Assembly: GCF_009834535.1 (NCBI RefSeq)
Contig: NC_045696.1
Location: forward strand, 118,856,001-118,920,000
Source: Camelus ferus
Lineage: Eukaryota
DNA length: 64,000 bases
Direction of reading: 5' to 3'
Shown here: positions 1 through 12,407 of the stretch, in pieces
Layout: each line of letters starts with the position of its first letter
Position numbering within the stretch: the stretch's first letter is position 1
Translations under genes and position numbers: made by a program
Notes under the pieces: model-generated
The model's input: only the letters and a program-made list of their open reading frames with translations
The model's database searches: none
What the model was told of the DNA's origin: nothing

Positions 1-1179
1 ACTTTCAACCACATGCTCACCAGCAGCCCAGGCCCTTCATATCACTGTCCTTCGGTTTTGTCCGCCTTACCCATCTATAGCTTTGCATAAATCCAACCAT
101 GACCTTCTCCGTTCACACCCCAGGCTGCCACTCTGTGGGAGAGGAAAAAAAAACATAGCTATGATGACTGACAGGTGTATGATTTCTATGTTCAGTGGGG
201 CCTTTGGTGCTAGTAAGGCAATCTATTACCTTTGCTAATTGGCTTCAATTTCCATGCTCCAGACTCTTCCTCTGTAAATCACAATTAGCCCACTGCCTCT
301 TCATCTCAGCATAGCCCTAGGTATGCCATAGACAATAAAATACATCAAGAAATAAACTGCTTTAACCTTTCCTCCATCCCATTTATCCTTACCTAACCCC
401 TCCACCCTGTGTATTAGGCTAACCCCACATCAGAAACCATCTAGGAATGTCTTGTATGATTATTGGACTCCTCTGTTCTGACGTGAATGTTTTTTCCTTT
501 GGGGACCAAAGGGTTGTGTAATCCTCCTTTGGGTAGAAGGTGGAGTGAGGTCGCTTCCCTGAAGGCCAGTCTCAGTGCCAATCAAATAAGGACAAGAATC
601 AAGGGTCTGGAAAGGCAGCCTCAGACCAAAGAAAGAGGAAAGGCTCCCCTCCTTCTGCGCCACATCCCCTTGGGCCTGGCGACCCGGTCTTTATGCAGGG
701 CATCCAGGAGGAGAGTGGGATGCCAGGAGCCGGGAGGGAAAAGAGCTCCAGGCGTCAATCAGAAACCCCCGAAGGTTGAGCCTGCAGCTCTGCAGATAAG
801 GACCTCGGGTGGCTCTTAGTGTGTGAATTTCCCCACGCTGGCAGTGAAGAGAGGTTGCGTATCAGAGCTCCTGCCAGCTTTCCCATCATGGATTCTGGGA
901 CGGATGGCCTGGGAAGGAAAGAGGAATGCCTCCCCTTACCCCATAGCCTGTAGGAAGGCAGCATCCGCATTAGTGAGATTCTGGGAGGAAAGGTAAATCC
1001 CTGCGGCAAAGAGGCTCGTGGTACCGCAGGGGCTCCTCTCTCTTTCGAAAACAGGACAGGACTGGGGTTGTTCCCCGCCTCTCCCACCTTGTTCAGTCAC
1101 ATCTTTCATCCTTTTCTCTCTCCACTAGGCTTTCCTTCTCTGTATAAATAGAAATGAATTCCTAAAAATGTTCAGTTAC

Positions 1180-2300
1180 CAGCCTGTGTAACTACTGGCT
1201 TCCTTCCTCTTCTACTGAAACTGCCCTCCCTGAGGTCATGGTTGACATCTAATTAACAAACCCAGTGGCTAATTTTTCATCTTCACTCTTCTTCACCTTT
1301 GTGAAGCAGTTGCGATCGCTAACTCTCCTTCTATCATTGAAACTCTCTTTCCCTGCTGAGATTCTTGGCCTGATGGGGCCAAGTCAACACGCCTTAGGCG
1401 GGCATCTCCAAGTCAACATGCCTTAGGTTTGATTCACTGAATCTGTTCTCCAGACATCTGTTCTCCTGCACCCCGTATTTCTTCCCATGGTGTTCTGCCT
1501 ACATCACAGCCTTACAGAAGAACTCGGCATCAGCCTCGTCCACCCATCCCAGTTAACTATTAAAGAATAAACAGCAAAATCAACCTAGAAAGGTCTCTCA
1601 AGCCCATTTCCAGCAGCCTGGCCTGATTACAATCTCATCCCACTTGGCTTGGACCATTGCAGAAGCCCTAATACCCTGCCTGACTCTGGTGCCTCCCAGC
1701 TTCTCTCTGATTCTCAAAACACCATCAGAATTGTCCTGGGGGGATCACTTCTCAACCTAAATGTCACCAACAGTTGCCAGTTCAGGACAAATGTCATTCT
1801 CCTGGGCAGGCATCCATGGCCCGTCATAACTTGCCCCCTCCCCCACCATCTTCCCCGCTGGCACCTATAAGCTAGTCACCCTGACCTCTTCCCTGCAAAG
1901 GCTGTGCATCCTCGCCCTCTGTGTTTGCTAACGGTGTTTGCTACATTTAGAATTCTTGCTTCCCTCCCTTGGTTGGAAGAACTTAAAGGCATCCTTCAAG
2001 AAAGCGTGAATGTTTCCTCCTTTGCTAGGATGTTCCTGACTCCAGGAGACATAATGCATCGCTCCTCCAGGCTCTTAAAGCACTTGGTACACACCCTGGC
2101 GACAGCCCTCATCACACTGCCTTGTAATTATTTATGAGTCTTTCCCCCGGATGAGTTAGAGCGCAACGGAGTACAACTCCCAAGTCTTCTCTCCATACTC
2201 ACTGAGCTCAGCAGAGTTTGACAGCAGACAGGATTCACCTTCAAACTCTCTGCACCAGCCCAGAACCCGAGATCCTCAAGAGAGACTCAGTAAGTGTGTT
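1180..2300 (+). mobile_element. L2 LINE fragments (decayed RT region to 3' end)
   Basis: tctactgaaactgccctccctgaggtc reads STETAL..V, typical of L2 RT. Pyrimidine-rich L2 3' motifs follow (ccattgcagaagccct, ctcatcacactgccttgtaatta). Confidence 0.65.
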
Positions 2301-3931
2301 GATTTTAATACACCTTTTTGGAAGCTCCATCTTTTTCCCTCATAGGCTTATACCATTCTTTCTTATCTCACACGGCCTCTTTCTTTGGATATGCTGGGTA
2401 TGGTTTATTCTATGCCTTCTGACGTTTCTTCCTGGTTTTCCTTATTATCTGTTGCAAATAAATGCATTCAGGAAGCTGGCATCTGGCAAGCACACATGTA
2501 CTTTGTGGAAAGGACTGTATTGGGTGCTATCAGGGAAGGAGCTGAGAGTTTGGGGTTGGAGGGAGGTTTGCGTCCCATTGTGTGTGCAATACAGTTCCAA
2601 TTTTGGAAGTCGTTCAAAAGAATAAAAGAGCAGTCCCAGCCCTGTCCACGGATCCATAGAAATTCTGACTTCACTCGGAGAGGGATGATGTAGCAAAACC
2701 TGATAAGACCAAAAACATCACCCCTCCAGCTTGGCGTGCTGCCCACCTCCTTTCTTAATTAGGAATTCCCACTGTTAGCAGTGCACCACACAAGAGAAGA
2801 CGGCATCTCCAGAAGGCTGCTGTTAAGATGTACAAATTACCTGGCAAAAGGAAGCTTCCCTGGACAGCTCCCACTTACGCACATTAGCGAGAAAATTAGC
2901 CACATGTCATCTTGTCCTTTTCAGCACAGACATGCGGCAGCCACATGAGAGAGCAGACAGGTTAATCTTGTCACCCAGGAGGTGGAGGGCAAGGCTCAGG
3001 ACCCTTGCCGACCCACTCCCAACACCACCAAAAGAACTCAAAGACCAGAGAGAGGATCTGGGGCAGGTGCAGAGAGACCGGGAGCCACATGTCACGGTTC
3101 TACGATCTGCTCAATGTGCCTGGGAGCAGAGTCACTCTTAGGAGGGGGCTTGGGACCTGAACAAGACTTGAGTGAACCCAGGCTCAAAGGAAGTGACAGG
3201 TTGGCTTGCGGAACAGGGGTCGGAAGGTCGCTCCAGGGAAGCCAGAAAGCAAAACCAAGACACATCCTCTCCCTGTCCCCAGTTCCTGTGCGAACACTTC
3301 TTGCGTGATTAAACCTTCATTCGGACATACTGCAGAGGGAACCTTCAGAGGTCTTTTCAGATCATGTGATTGTATCAGTAGAGGATCTTGAGCTCAACTG
3401 GGGCTAACAAGAGCAAGAGGAAGTGGATAAACGAGGGCCACGGGGATTTCAGGCTCCACAGAGAGGAAAACCTCATGCTGCCACCAGGCTCTGGGACGTG
3501 TTACCGAGAGGGCCTTGGAATTTCTTTGTCACAAGAACCTTAAGAATAGGGCAGGCAATTATCTACCAGGATGGTATGAGCCACTCTAGCCTGAAGGCAA
3601 AAGGTCCCCATGAATGACTCCTTTGACCTACTGATTCTGGGTGTTTAATCACAGATTTTTTTTTTGAACTTTTTTTAAAAGTCAAATTCAATGTTGGGGT
3701 TTTTTTTTTGTTCATTTCTATGGTTGGTTGCTTTGTTTTGTTTGTTCAGTTCTTGGTCATCTTCAATTTTAGTGAAGTACTACTGTGTGTCATGTAATTT
3801 GTAACTGTTAAGGGCAATTCAAATGTCTGCTAGAGGACAATGGTATGCGGAGTAATCTGAAATCAACTTCAATCTCCAGTTCTGATCATGGGTTCCTGGG
3901 GTCTTTAACTTTGTGTTGTATCCATGTGGGG

Positions 3932-4063
3932 TTTTTTTGGTGGGAGAGGCGGTAATTAGGTTTACTTATTATTATTTTTTGTTTAATGGAGGTACTGGGG
4001 ATGGAACCCAGGACCTTGTGCATGCTGGCCATGCCCTCTACCACTGAGCTGTACCCTCCCCCT
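3932..4063 (-). mobile_element. Vic-1-type tRNA-Ala-derived SINE, long form
   Basis: Reverse complement shows A box tagctcagtggtag, B box ggttccatccc and acctaattac tail. TSD tgttgtatcca at 3914-3924 and 4068-4078. Confidence 0.92.
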
Positions 4064-6237
4064 CCTATGTTGTATCCAAAATAAGAAAGTTTATTACCAT
4101 ATTCTCCCGTGTCAAACTCAGGCTTGTTGCTCCATAAACACTTTGCACACTGAACTGTCTCTATGCTCTTTAGTTCATCTATGTCGCTACAAAGACTGTA
4201 TGAGTCTACACTGATATTTCAGCCGTAAAAATGATCCTGGCCATCTCCGCTCTGCATCTCTTTTCCCTCTAAACACACAGCTTAAATCTTAAGTCTTTCA
4301 TAAGCCCCTTTCTCTGCAGTGGTGTGTAAACACTTCATTCCAGGAGTCTACTGTTCTCACTCTTACTTGCGGGGAAATTCAAACCTTCCGTCTGACTTGG
4401 GATGCGAGGAAGCTGCCTGGCTGTGTGACTCAGCCCCCGGGCCCGACGTGCTTCAGCCGGGAGCTGGGATCAGAGCTGCCATTTGGTCACTGCTTGACGT
4501 AAGACAAATCCTTTAAACCTTGGGGATTTCATTTTCCTCTTTGGTCACACAGGGCGAAAAATGCTGACCTACCTCCCAACCAGCCTCCTGAGATGGACGC
4601 AGACCAACATTTGCAAGTGTGAAAGAAGGCTGTGAACGCACATTAAAAAGGTAGCGGTTTGAGCTCACGAGTAATTTCCCCCAAAGGTCAGTCAGACCCA
4701 CAAGAGTTCTCTGTCGCACACAGGATGTCTCAGCCTCAGCTAGGTTTAACTTACTTCCCTTCTCATTGGTCCCCATAGAGGTGAGTTTGGGGTGCAATAA
4801 ATAGTTCACAGTAAAAGTTTCCATGCCCCCAGATTCCAGAGCCCCAGTCAGGGGCCCCCTTCATTTCACTTTGAACATAATGAAGTGTCTGCTCCATCAC
4901 AGAATAGTGGTATTTGTTGCAACACACACGACACCCCCTTAACAGTATTGTCGACCACGGTCTCCTGTACATGACATTGATTTGGGGATCGTTAAGACTG
5001 TCCTGTACCCCCTCCACCAGCGCACAGCATGTTATAAAAACTTCTTAGTGTCTCCAGTGCATTGCACAAGATAATAATTCTTAAGAGAAAGAAACACAAA
5101 ACCATGAGAGGACAGAAATGGTGTCTTACATTGTGGTCCCATCACGAAGAAAGAGAGAGACCCGCCCAGCCACCAGAGACGGTAGCAGGGAAAAACCATT
5201 TCTCAATCCAGAAAGGAGGCTGAGTAACCAGGCTCGTGGGTTGGGAAGACGATTTTTCCTTTGTATCAAAATGAGAGAAAGCATTAGTGGAATTCGAGCG
5301 CTCCTTGTGCGGCTGGCTTGAGGACCCCATATCTGTCTCTGGGCTGGGAACCAGCTACTTATCTGTCAGTGTCCCTGGGCAAATTCACATCATTCCAGGC
5401 CTCGGGGTGGGGGGTGGGGGCCCACGCAGGCATCCTGGGATGAGCAGGACACCTGAGAAGTAGCCTCACCTCCCTGTCCAGGCCCAAACACAGGCCCTTC
5501 GAGGGCTGAGTAAACCGGGGTCCTGGGGTGGGCCCACTTTGAGAATCAAACTTTATGGATTTATCTCATCAAGGCTCTGTCTCCGGGGTGTGGAGGTAGG
5601 ATTTCTGTGAGTGTAGTTATAGCCTGTGGTAGTAGCTACACTGAAGGAAAAAAAAAAAAGGTGGTCAAATTGAGGAATGAGGAGAATGAGGCCAAGGGGA
5701 TGGGGGCCTACGGGCGACACAGAGCCTGCTCTCTCCTGAGCCAACAGCCTCCCTCAGGGAGGGGAGGGGAGGAGGACTGGGGCTGAGGGCAGGGCGGGGC
5801 AGGGAGGGCGTGTGTGGTCTCACGCTGCAGACCAGCTGCAGACGCACAGGCACGGTTAGGTAACCGGCCCAGGGCCTGGTATGGCTCCATCAGCTTAGCC
5901 AGATGCAGTTCTGAGGGGCAAGAAAGCCAGGACGGCCTCCTGGGAAGTCCAGCCCTAGGACGGCGGGTAGCCACGGGGACACATTTATATCTCCGTACTA
6001 TTTTCAGCAGATGGCGACCCAGTTCAGTCATCCTGGTGGGATGATGCCTTTGCCGGGGGCACGCAGGCCTGGAGAATTCCCCTACATCCCTTCCTGAGGT
6101 CACTGTTCAAAGAGACAAAGAGGCCCTCTGAGGCTCTGCTGGACCCACCTTGGCACCGGCTGGAGGGCCGGCAGAGGACACCACTTTGAGGGCCTCCCCG
6201 GCTTCCTCTTGCTGAGCCGTCAGAGGCACAAGGATAA

Positions 6238-6345
6238 ATATATTACTGTCATTTCCTCCATTTTACAGACGTGAGGACTGAGATGGCTCAGAAAGGTGAA
6301 GTGACTTGCCTGAGCCTGAACCACAGGCAAGAGACAAGCCAATCT
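6238..6345 (-). mobile_element. MIR SINE core
   Basis: ccattttacaga...actgag...aggtgaagtgacttgcc matches the MIR core. Confidence 0.75.
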
Positions 6346-6894
6346 CAAGTTAAAATTTCAGGGATGCTCCAGGGGGGGCGTTAACCCCGTCCGGCCCTGG
6401 GACAGCTCTCACTTCCGAACTTGCATGGAAAGGCTGAGGCTGTCTCCTTCACTCCACCAGAGAAGGGCTATGTTGGATGGAAAGTCCACGTGGGACCCCC
6501 AGGATGATGGGAGCATACGGCGAAGGCAGAGAGAAGTAGGGCAGGAAAGGATCCTAGAACCAAAACCCCACGCACAGGGGAGCGAGACGTCCCTTTCGCG
6601 TTGGGAGGCTGGGGAAGGTGAGGCTCCCCGGGCTGTGTGGGCAGGAGAGACGGTGGGGGCAGAGCTTACTTTTGCTTTTGCTGCTGCTTCCAAGCAAAAG
6701 CCCTGGTGAGGCCTGAGCCGAGCGTCCTGTGTTGGACACCCGACCACAAGCCCCTCCAGCGCCTTTGGAAGTAATAAAAGAACACCTGACATTACGTGAA
6801 GGAGATGCCAGGAGACCACGCTTAGCAGCGATCTCACCGTGGAAGGAGGGGAAGAGCTAACGGGAGGGCCTTCCTGAAGTTGCCTGGCTGGAAC

Positions 6895-6997
6895 GGGGTC
6901 TCGTTTAGATGATGGAATGGCTCATCTAGAAAATCCAACAAGTCATCTTCAAGGAGCGTGTGATAAAAATGAGTTCAGCAAAGTCGTAGAACATAAG
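6895..6997 (+). mobile_element. Ancient L1 ORF2 RT fragment
   Basis: ORF 6917 HLENPT...NEFSKVVEHK resembles L1 YLENPK...INEFSKVAGYK, preceded by a gatgat (DD) remnant. Confidence 0.7.
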
Positions 6998-7004
6998 GAA
7001 CCGG

Positions 7005-7178
7005 CAGGGCCGGAGACCTCGTTTGCAGCAGCCGGTTGCAAAATAAAAAAGGCAGGGCCTTTTGTTCAGAAATTACTAAGAATTTCCAAACAGGAACAGC
7101 AAAGCCTTAAACCAAGTACAGGGCCCCTCTGAGAGCAGGGCTACTGCACAGGCTGAGATGACCTTGAAGCCAGTTCTT
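7005..7178 (-). mobile_element. MER45A-like hAT-Tip100 DNA transposon
   Basis: Reverse complement ...ctcagaggggccctgtacttggtttaaggctttgctg...gaaattcttagtaatttctgaacaaaaggccc...ccggccctg follows MER45A as recalled. Confidence 0.8.
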
Positions 7179-7419
7179 GATTAAGGCAGAGCTAGGAGAA
7201 GCTGGCCGTCGACAAGGGAAAACTCGTAGAAATATAGTTGTAGATCTCAGGACTGAAAGGACCTGGCAGAATCTGTGCACAAATGGAAGAGAAACCATAC
7301 AGCTGAAGAAGATAAGGAGTAAAGTAGAGCTACCAGAAAGTTTGGCAAAGGATTACAAGGATTCTTTCCAGTTACACAAATGAACCCTGCACTGGGACAG
7401 AGAAATGAACTTACTTAAT

Positions 7420-7945
7420 GCAGAAAGCAATAGCATGAAATCGATGAAGACTGTATTCTGACACCACAACATAACAATACCATTATAATTAAATAGGAAA
7501 AATAAAATTCTATGGAAACAAATCACATGGAAATTAAAATTTTAAATACCACATTAAATTACATCGAGGAAAGTGATAGTAACAAAAACATTTCTTTTAA
7601 AATAGCAAAGCACAGAAGGACGGCAAATCACCATTAATGAGATGCTGGCAGAAATGTGCTAAGAAAATGTCTTTCTCTGAATATATATTAACAATAAAAG
7701 GAGGATAGAAACATCATGAATTAATTCTGTGCCTAAAGAACTTTAAAACGGAAAAATGTAGTGCACCAAAACAAAGTAGTAAAATAAAAATACAACAGAA
7801 ATTTTTTAAATAAAAGAGGAATAGAAATAAATCAACAGAACAGAGCTTGCATTTTGACAAAATGGATAGAATTGAAAAGCCATTGGCCCAATGAAAAGGA
7901 GAAATTACAGATTAGTGTAATCAGGGAAAAAACAATTAAAGTAGC
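7420..7945 (+). mobile_element. Ancient L1 (L1M/L1ME-like) ORF2, post-endonuclease region
   Basis: A-rich decayed coding remnants echo WKLNN, LWDAAKAVLR, LKEL and INKIDKPLA motifs. Confidence 0.7.
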
Positions 7946-8190
7946 ATAAATTTTGTTAAAAAGCACTCAGGGTATCATAGGACACGTGTCCCCCTTATTC
8001 AGATGACGGATGTGGTAGAGAAACGGGGAGAGTAGAAGGGGAAGGTGGAATATTCAGTTTGTAAATAAATCATCTCGGGCCCTAAATTCAAGGCAATTTA
8101 GATGATCTGCAGCAGGGGAATGACTGAGGTACCTCCCTGTCCCATGTTTCTGTGGTTTGGACTAAGCAGAGAGATCTACCATCCTAAGAG

Positions 8191-8238
8191 TTTTTTTGTT
8201 TTTGTTTTTGTTTTTGTTTTTGTTTTTGTTTTTGTTTT
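8191..8238. repeat. (TTTTTG)n microsatellite
   Basis: Seen directly. Confidence 0.95.
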
Positions 8239-8269
8239 TAATTAATCATTACCATTTTCTTTTTTTTTC

Positions 8270-8380
8270 TTTTATTTATTTATTTGGGGGGTAATTAGGT
8301 TTATTTATTTATTTTTTAATTTTTTAGTGGAGGTACTAGGAATTGAACCCACAACCTCGTGCATGCTAAACGCATGCTCT
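8270..8380 (-). mobile_element. Vic-1-type SINE, 5'-truncated (A box missing)
   Basis: ggtaattaggttt tail plus ggaggtactaggaattgaaccc...gcatgct. Homology stops at 8380. Confidence 0.85.
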
Positions 8381-8644
8381 TTTTGATCAGACTGATGGAT
8401 GCAGAGATTGGCAGGCTTATTTTCTGAGGCCACGGGTCATTCATTTATTTAATGTTGGTTCACCTTCAGGTGACAGGTCAAAAGAGAGTGGGAAGGAGTG
8501 TAATGAATTTGTCCCATAATCTTATTAGGTGGTTGACTACTTATTAGGTAGACTAAGCCACTGTGAGGGCGAGGTGAGTGTATGGGACTGTCTTTCAGTT
8601 TTGCCTTCGTTCATGCCACGAGCTTCACTTTGTTTATGCTGGTC

Positions 8645-8800
8645 ATGGCTTTGGAATCAGACATGGTCGGGGGTTTGCACCCCAGCTTCATTTTGACTAA
8701 CTGGGTGACCTCAGACAAATGACGTCATCTCTCAGCACCTCAACCTGCCCATCTGTGAAGTGGGCTTTAACATAGCACCTACTTCCTGGGGGTTCTGTGA
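8645..8800 (+). mobile_element. MIR SINE
   Basis: ggctttggaatcagac...gtgacct...catctgtgaagtggg...acctacttcctggggg. Confidence 0.75.
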
Positions 8801-9269
8801 GGGTGGAAAGGAGGTGCTGAAGCTGCTGCATTTCTGGGGGGGGAGCAAATGCCCACTTACTATCAACTGTCATTCTTTGTTAATATTAGCTGTCATTCTT
8901 TGCTACCATTGCATAACTTTGTGTAATAAGCAAATAAGTAAGAAGTGTCACTAAGTCTTTAAAAAAAAAAGGTTAAAGAACATCGTTCTTTGTTGTAACT
9001 GTATGGCTAATTGGGTAAAGAATCATGTGTATATGATTTCTCACAAACATGTAATAAAAATGTACACAGCAAGAAATGGAACACATTATTAATTCATGAT
9101 ATATGAATAGGGAAAGTGAGGTATTATGACCCTGATGCCTTAACTGGAGAATTTTCCAAGCTTTTAAAGAATAAATCACCCTTTATACTACTTAAATTGC
9201 TCCCAAAATACGTATTTTTAAGTATGATGTGTTTCCTTAGGGAACAATAATTCCTAAGTAAATTTGGTG

Positions 9270-10170
9270 GGCCTTGGCAGGGTGAGGAAATCTCATTAAT
9301 GAAACAAAGATGCAAAAACCTTAAGCAAAACCTTAGCAAACAAAATGTAATAGGTTTAAAAAAATTGTCTAATATGGAAAAAGCAGGATGTACTCCAAGA
9401 ATGTGCAACTGGTATATTATAGCAAAATATTTAATAAAATTAATCATAAAAAATTAGCAAAATAAGCCCAGTGGATCATTGCCTTAGAAGAATAAAGCAT
9501 AAATACTTTAATAGTAAAAGCCAAATACAAATTGGAGCATGCTGCATTCCAGAAGGAAAAAACGTGACTTACAAATACAGGAAAGAATGACATTTTGAAT
9601 TCTGTTTTTGTAAGGTAATGTAGCTATATTTAGAAAGTAGAAATAAACAAGCCACAAAAGTATTAACGATAATTAAGAAGAGATCAGCGGAATTAAGAAG
9701 AGTCACCAGAGTCAGTGGCCTTCCTTTACAATGACACTCCAATAGAAAATACAAAAAGAGTTCCCACTGACACAATGAAAACGGTTAATGATGTCAACTC
9801 AGAATAAACTGGCTTAAAAAATGTAAACGACAGATGGGAAAACAAAGAAATGCATAATAAAGCAGAACTCAAGCACCTGGGAAGCCTCAAATTAGAAAAG
9901 ATGACAATATTTTTAAGTTAATGAAAAGACTTAATGCACTATGAAGTAAAAGTGCTCATGATGTAACATACAGAACTTTATAAATTGGTGGTACACAGTA
10001 TCTAGAAATGCAAGAAACCAGTAATGCCAAGTGCCATTTTAAAGGTATCACTGTACTCACATTCTATTTCAAGCATATTTTAAATTATTAAAACAATTAT
10101 AAAAACCACAGGAATTAGGTATGAATTAGGGAAAATTCATCAACTGAACTGAAAAATCCAGAACTAAAAT
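9270..10170 (+). mobile_element. Ancient L1 ORF2 (RT region), continuing 7420-7945
   Basis: Decayed sequence corresponding to QVGFIPGMQGWFN, MIISIDAEKAF and YLEN motifs. Confidence 0.6.
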
Positions 10171-10182
10171 CAGGGTGTTGGA

Positions 10183-10475
10183 TCAGTGCTGTCCAAAAGA
10201 AATATAATGTAAACCATACGTGAAATTTCCTAATAGCCACGTTTTTAAAAGTACAAAGGGACAGGTGAAATTAATTTTGATAATGTTTCATTTAATCCAA
10301 AATGTCAAAAATATTTTTCAATATGTAATCAATATAAAAATGATTAATAATATATTTTATACTATTTTGTTCATATTAATTTTCAAGATCCAGCATGTAT
10401 TTTATACCCACCACATGTATCAGTTCAGACTAGTCATATCTCATGTGCCTAGTGCTACCACATTGGATAAGACAA
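10183..10475 (-). mobile_element. MER33 hAT-Charlie MITE
   Basis: cagtgctgtccaa...acaggtgaaattaatttt...atgtaatcaatataaaaa...attgga matches MER33 reverse complement. Confidence 0.85.
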
Positions 10476-10570
10476 CATAAATAATAACAATACTTGACAA
10501 ATTGTATATTTATATATGTGTATTTATATGTAGATATAAATGATTCTAAAGAAAAAAATGAATACAAGAT

Positions 10571-10918
10571 TCTTAGCCCATTCGTGCTGCTACAATAGAA
10601 TATTGAAGATTGAGCGGCTTATAAACAACAGAAATTTACTTCTCACAGTTCTGGAAGCTGAGAAGTACAAGATCAGGGGGCCAGCACGGCCACTTTCTAG
10701 TGAGGATCCTCTTCCTGATTCATAGCCAACACTTTCTCACTTTGTCCTCACCTGGTGGAAGGGGCTGGGGAGCTTTGTGGGACCTCCTTTTATAAGGGCC
10801 CTAATCCTATTCAAGAGGGCTCCACCCTTGTGACTTGATCACCTTCCAATGGCCCTGCCTTGTAACACTGTCACCTTGGGTGTCAGGATTTCCACATGTG
10901 ACACTCAGACCTAAGCCA
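10571..10918 (-). mobile_element. MLT1A-like MaLR solo LTR
   Basis: ggcttataaacaacagaaatttacttctcacagttctgga...ttttataagggccctaatcc...gagggctccaccct. Confidence 0.88.
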
Positions 10919-10919
10919 C

Positions 10920-11260
10920 AAGAATTATCACTGTAGCATTATTTATAACATCGACATACTGGCAACATTCAAGTCTCACTAAACAGGGACAAGACTTATG
11001 AAACAGTGTGAAATCAAAAAAAATAATAAGTATCAAAATGTAACAGGTCTATAGATACTGTCAATGCCCAAAAATAATGAGGCTATAAAATTGCATGAAG
11101 TAAACAGAGGCCAAACAAAACAATATGTAATATTCTTTACAACTATAAGAAAAACCACTCTTGTGCAACAACAAAGAAAATACCTGAATTGAGAGGAATG
11201 CAGTATTAATATTGCCATAAAGGTACACTGTGTGACCATATTCAAAGTAGTTTTATATTA
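10920..11260 (+). mobile_element. Ancient L1 3' region
   Basis: tcactgtagcattatttataacatcgacatactggcaaca resembles the L1 ORF2 C-terminal FIAALF..AK.WKQ segment. Confidence 0.5.
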
Positions 11261-11828
11261 ATCGTAGTTCAATGGATGTAAGGTCTCTTTTCTCATAAAG
11301 ATATTTCTGTTTATGAAAGAAGAAAAGGAAAGGAAAGGCTAAGCTATATTGCAACATGACCACAGTAGTTGCCAAATTTTGGTTATACAGTGCAGTTGCA
11401 CCACCGTCTAACTCAGGGGCTTTCAACTATACTTCCTTACATTTCTCTCTGATGTAATTTAAAATGCTGCCTAATTGTACTTTGTCTTTTTCACCTGGGA
11501 TTCCAGGGGAACATTAAGCTTCAGTGTCCTAAGACATCCATTCATAATATATGGTGCATTTACTTCTCTCGTTGGCATCTGGAATTGTCCTTGGGAGACT
11601 TGAGAAAATAGTCACTCTGATCATTCTCTGTGTTTTGTGCTCCAGAAAAGAAACCTTGATAAGTTTACTAAAAATTTTTGACTTGTACACTAGAAATGGG
11701 TGAATTTTAGGTTGTGCACATTGTACTTCAAAAAAATTGTTGTTTTTTTTTTTTTAAACTCTTTTGGCTATTGAAAGAACAAGTGTTTTTCTTTGCAGGG
11801 GGAAGAAAAGACACCAAGACTACAGGAC

Positions 11829-12032
11829 AGCATCATTCAGCAGAACTGGCTGCAGTGACGGAAGCGATCTACATTTGCACTGCCCAATACTGTAGCCACT
11901 GGCCATGTGTAGCTAGTCCACTTGAAATTTGCCTAGTGTGAAGGAGGCGCTGCATTTATTTTATTTTATTTGAATTAACTTAAATTTAAATAGCCACACG
12001 TGGCTGATGGTTGCCATATTGGACAGCATGGC
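11829..12032 (+). mobile_element. MER3 hAT-Charlie MITE
   Basis: tagccactggccatgtg...cacttgaaat...aaatttaaatagccacacgtggct...tattggacagca. Confidence 0.85.
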
Positions 12033-12407
12033 CACAGGAAACGCAAGGACTGACCCTAAAGAGGCTCACTCAGGAATGAGCTGACCTTCTGGAGAGTTCT
12101 GCAGGAAAACATCGACTACAGCAGTCCTAGAGACATTTTCACCAAAGGCAAATTCCGTACACCTGACACTTCCTCAGAAGGCATGATTCCAATTCAACTC
12201 ATTCCCTCCCTACCCTACCCCTCACCGAGATCGCCTGATAGAGAATTTAATCCCCAACAAAGCTGCTTTATAGTTCAGTCTGGGAAACACTTCCTTCATA
12301 GATGAGGAAATTGGGATCCAGGATCTTAACAACTGGTCTGTTTCATTCCTTAGACTCCATAGGCTCAATGCCCAAACTCCAGGAATTTTTAAAGGCTGCA
12401 GAAAATG

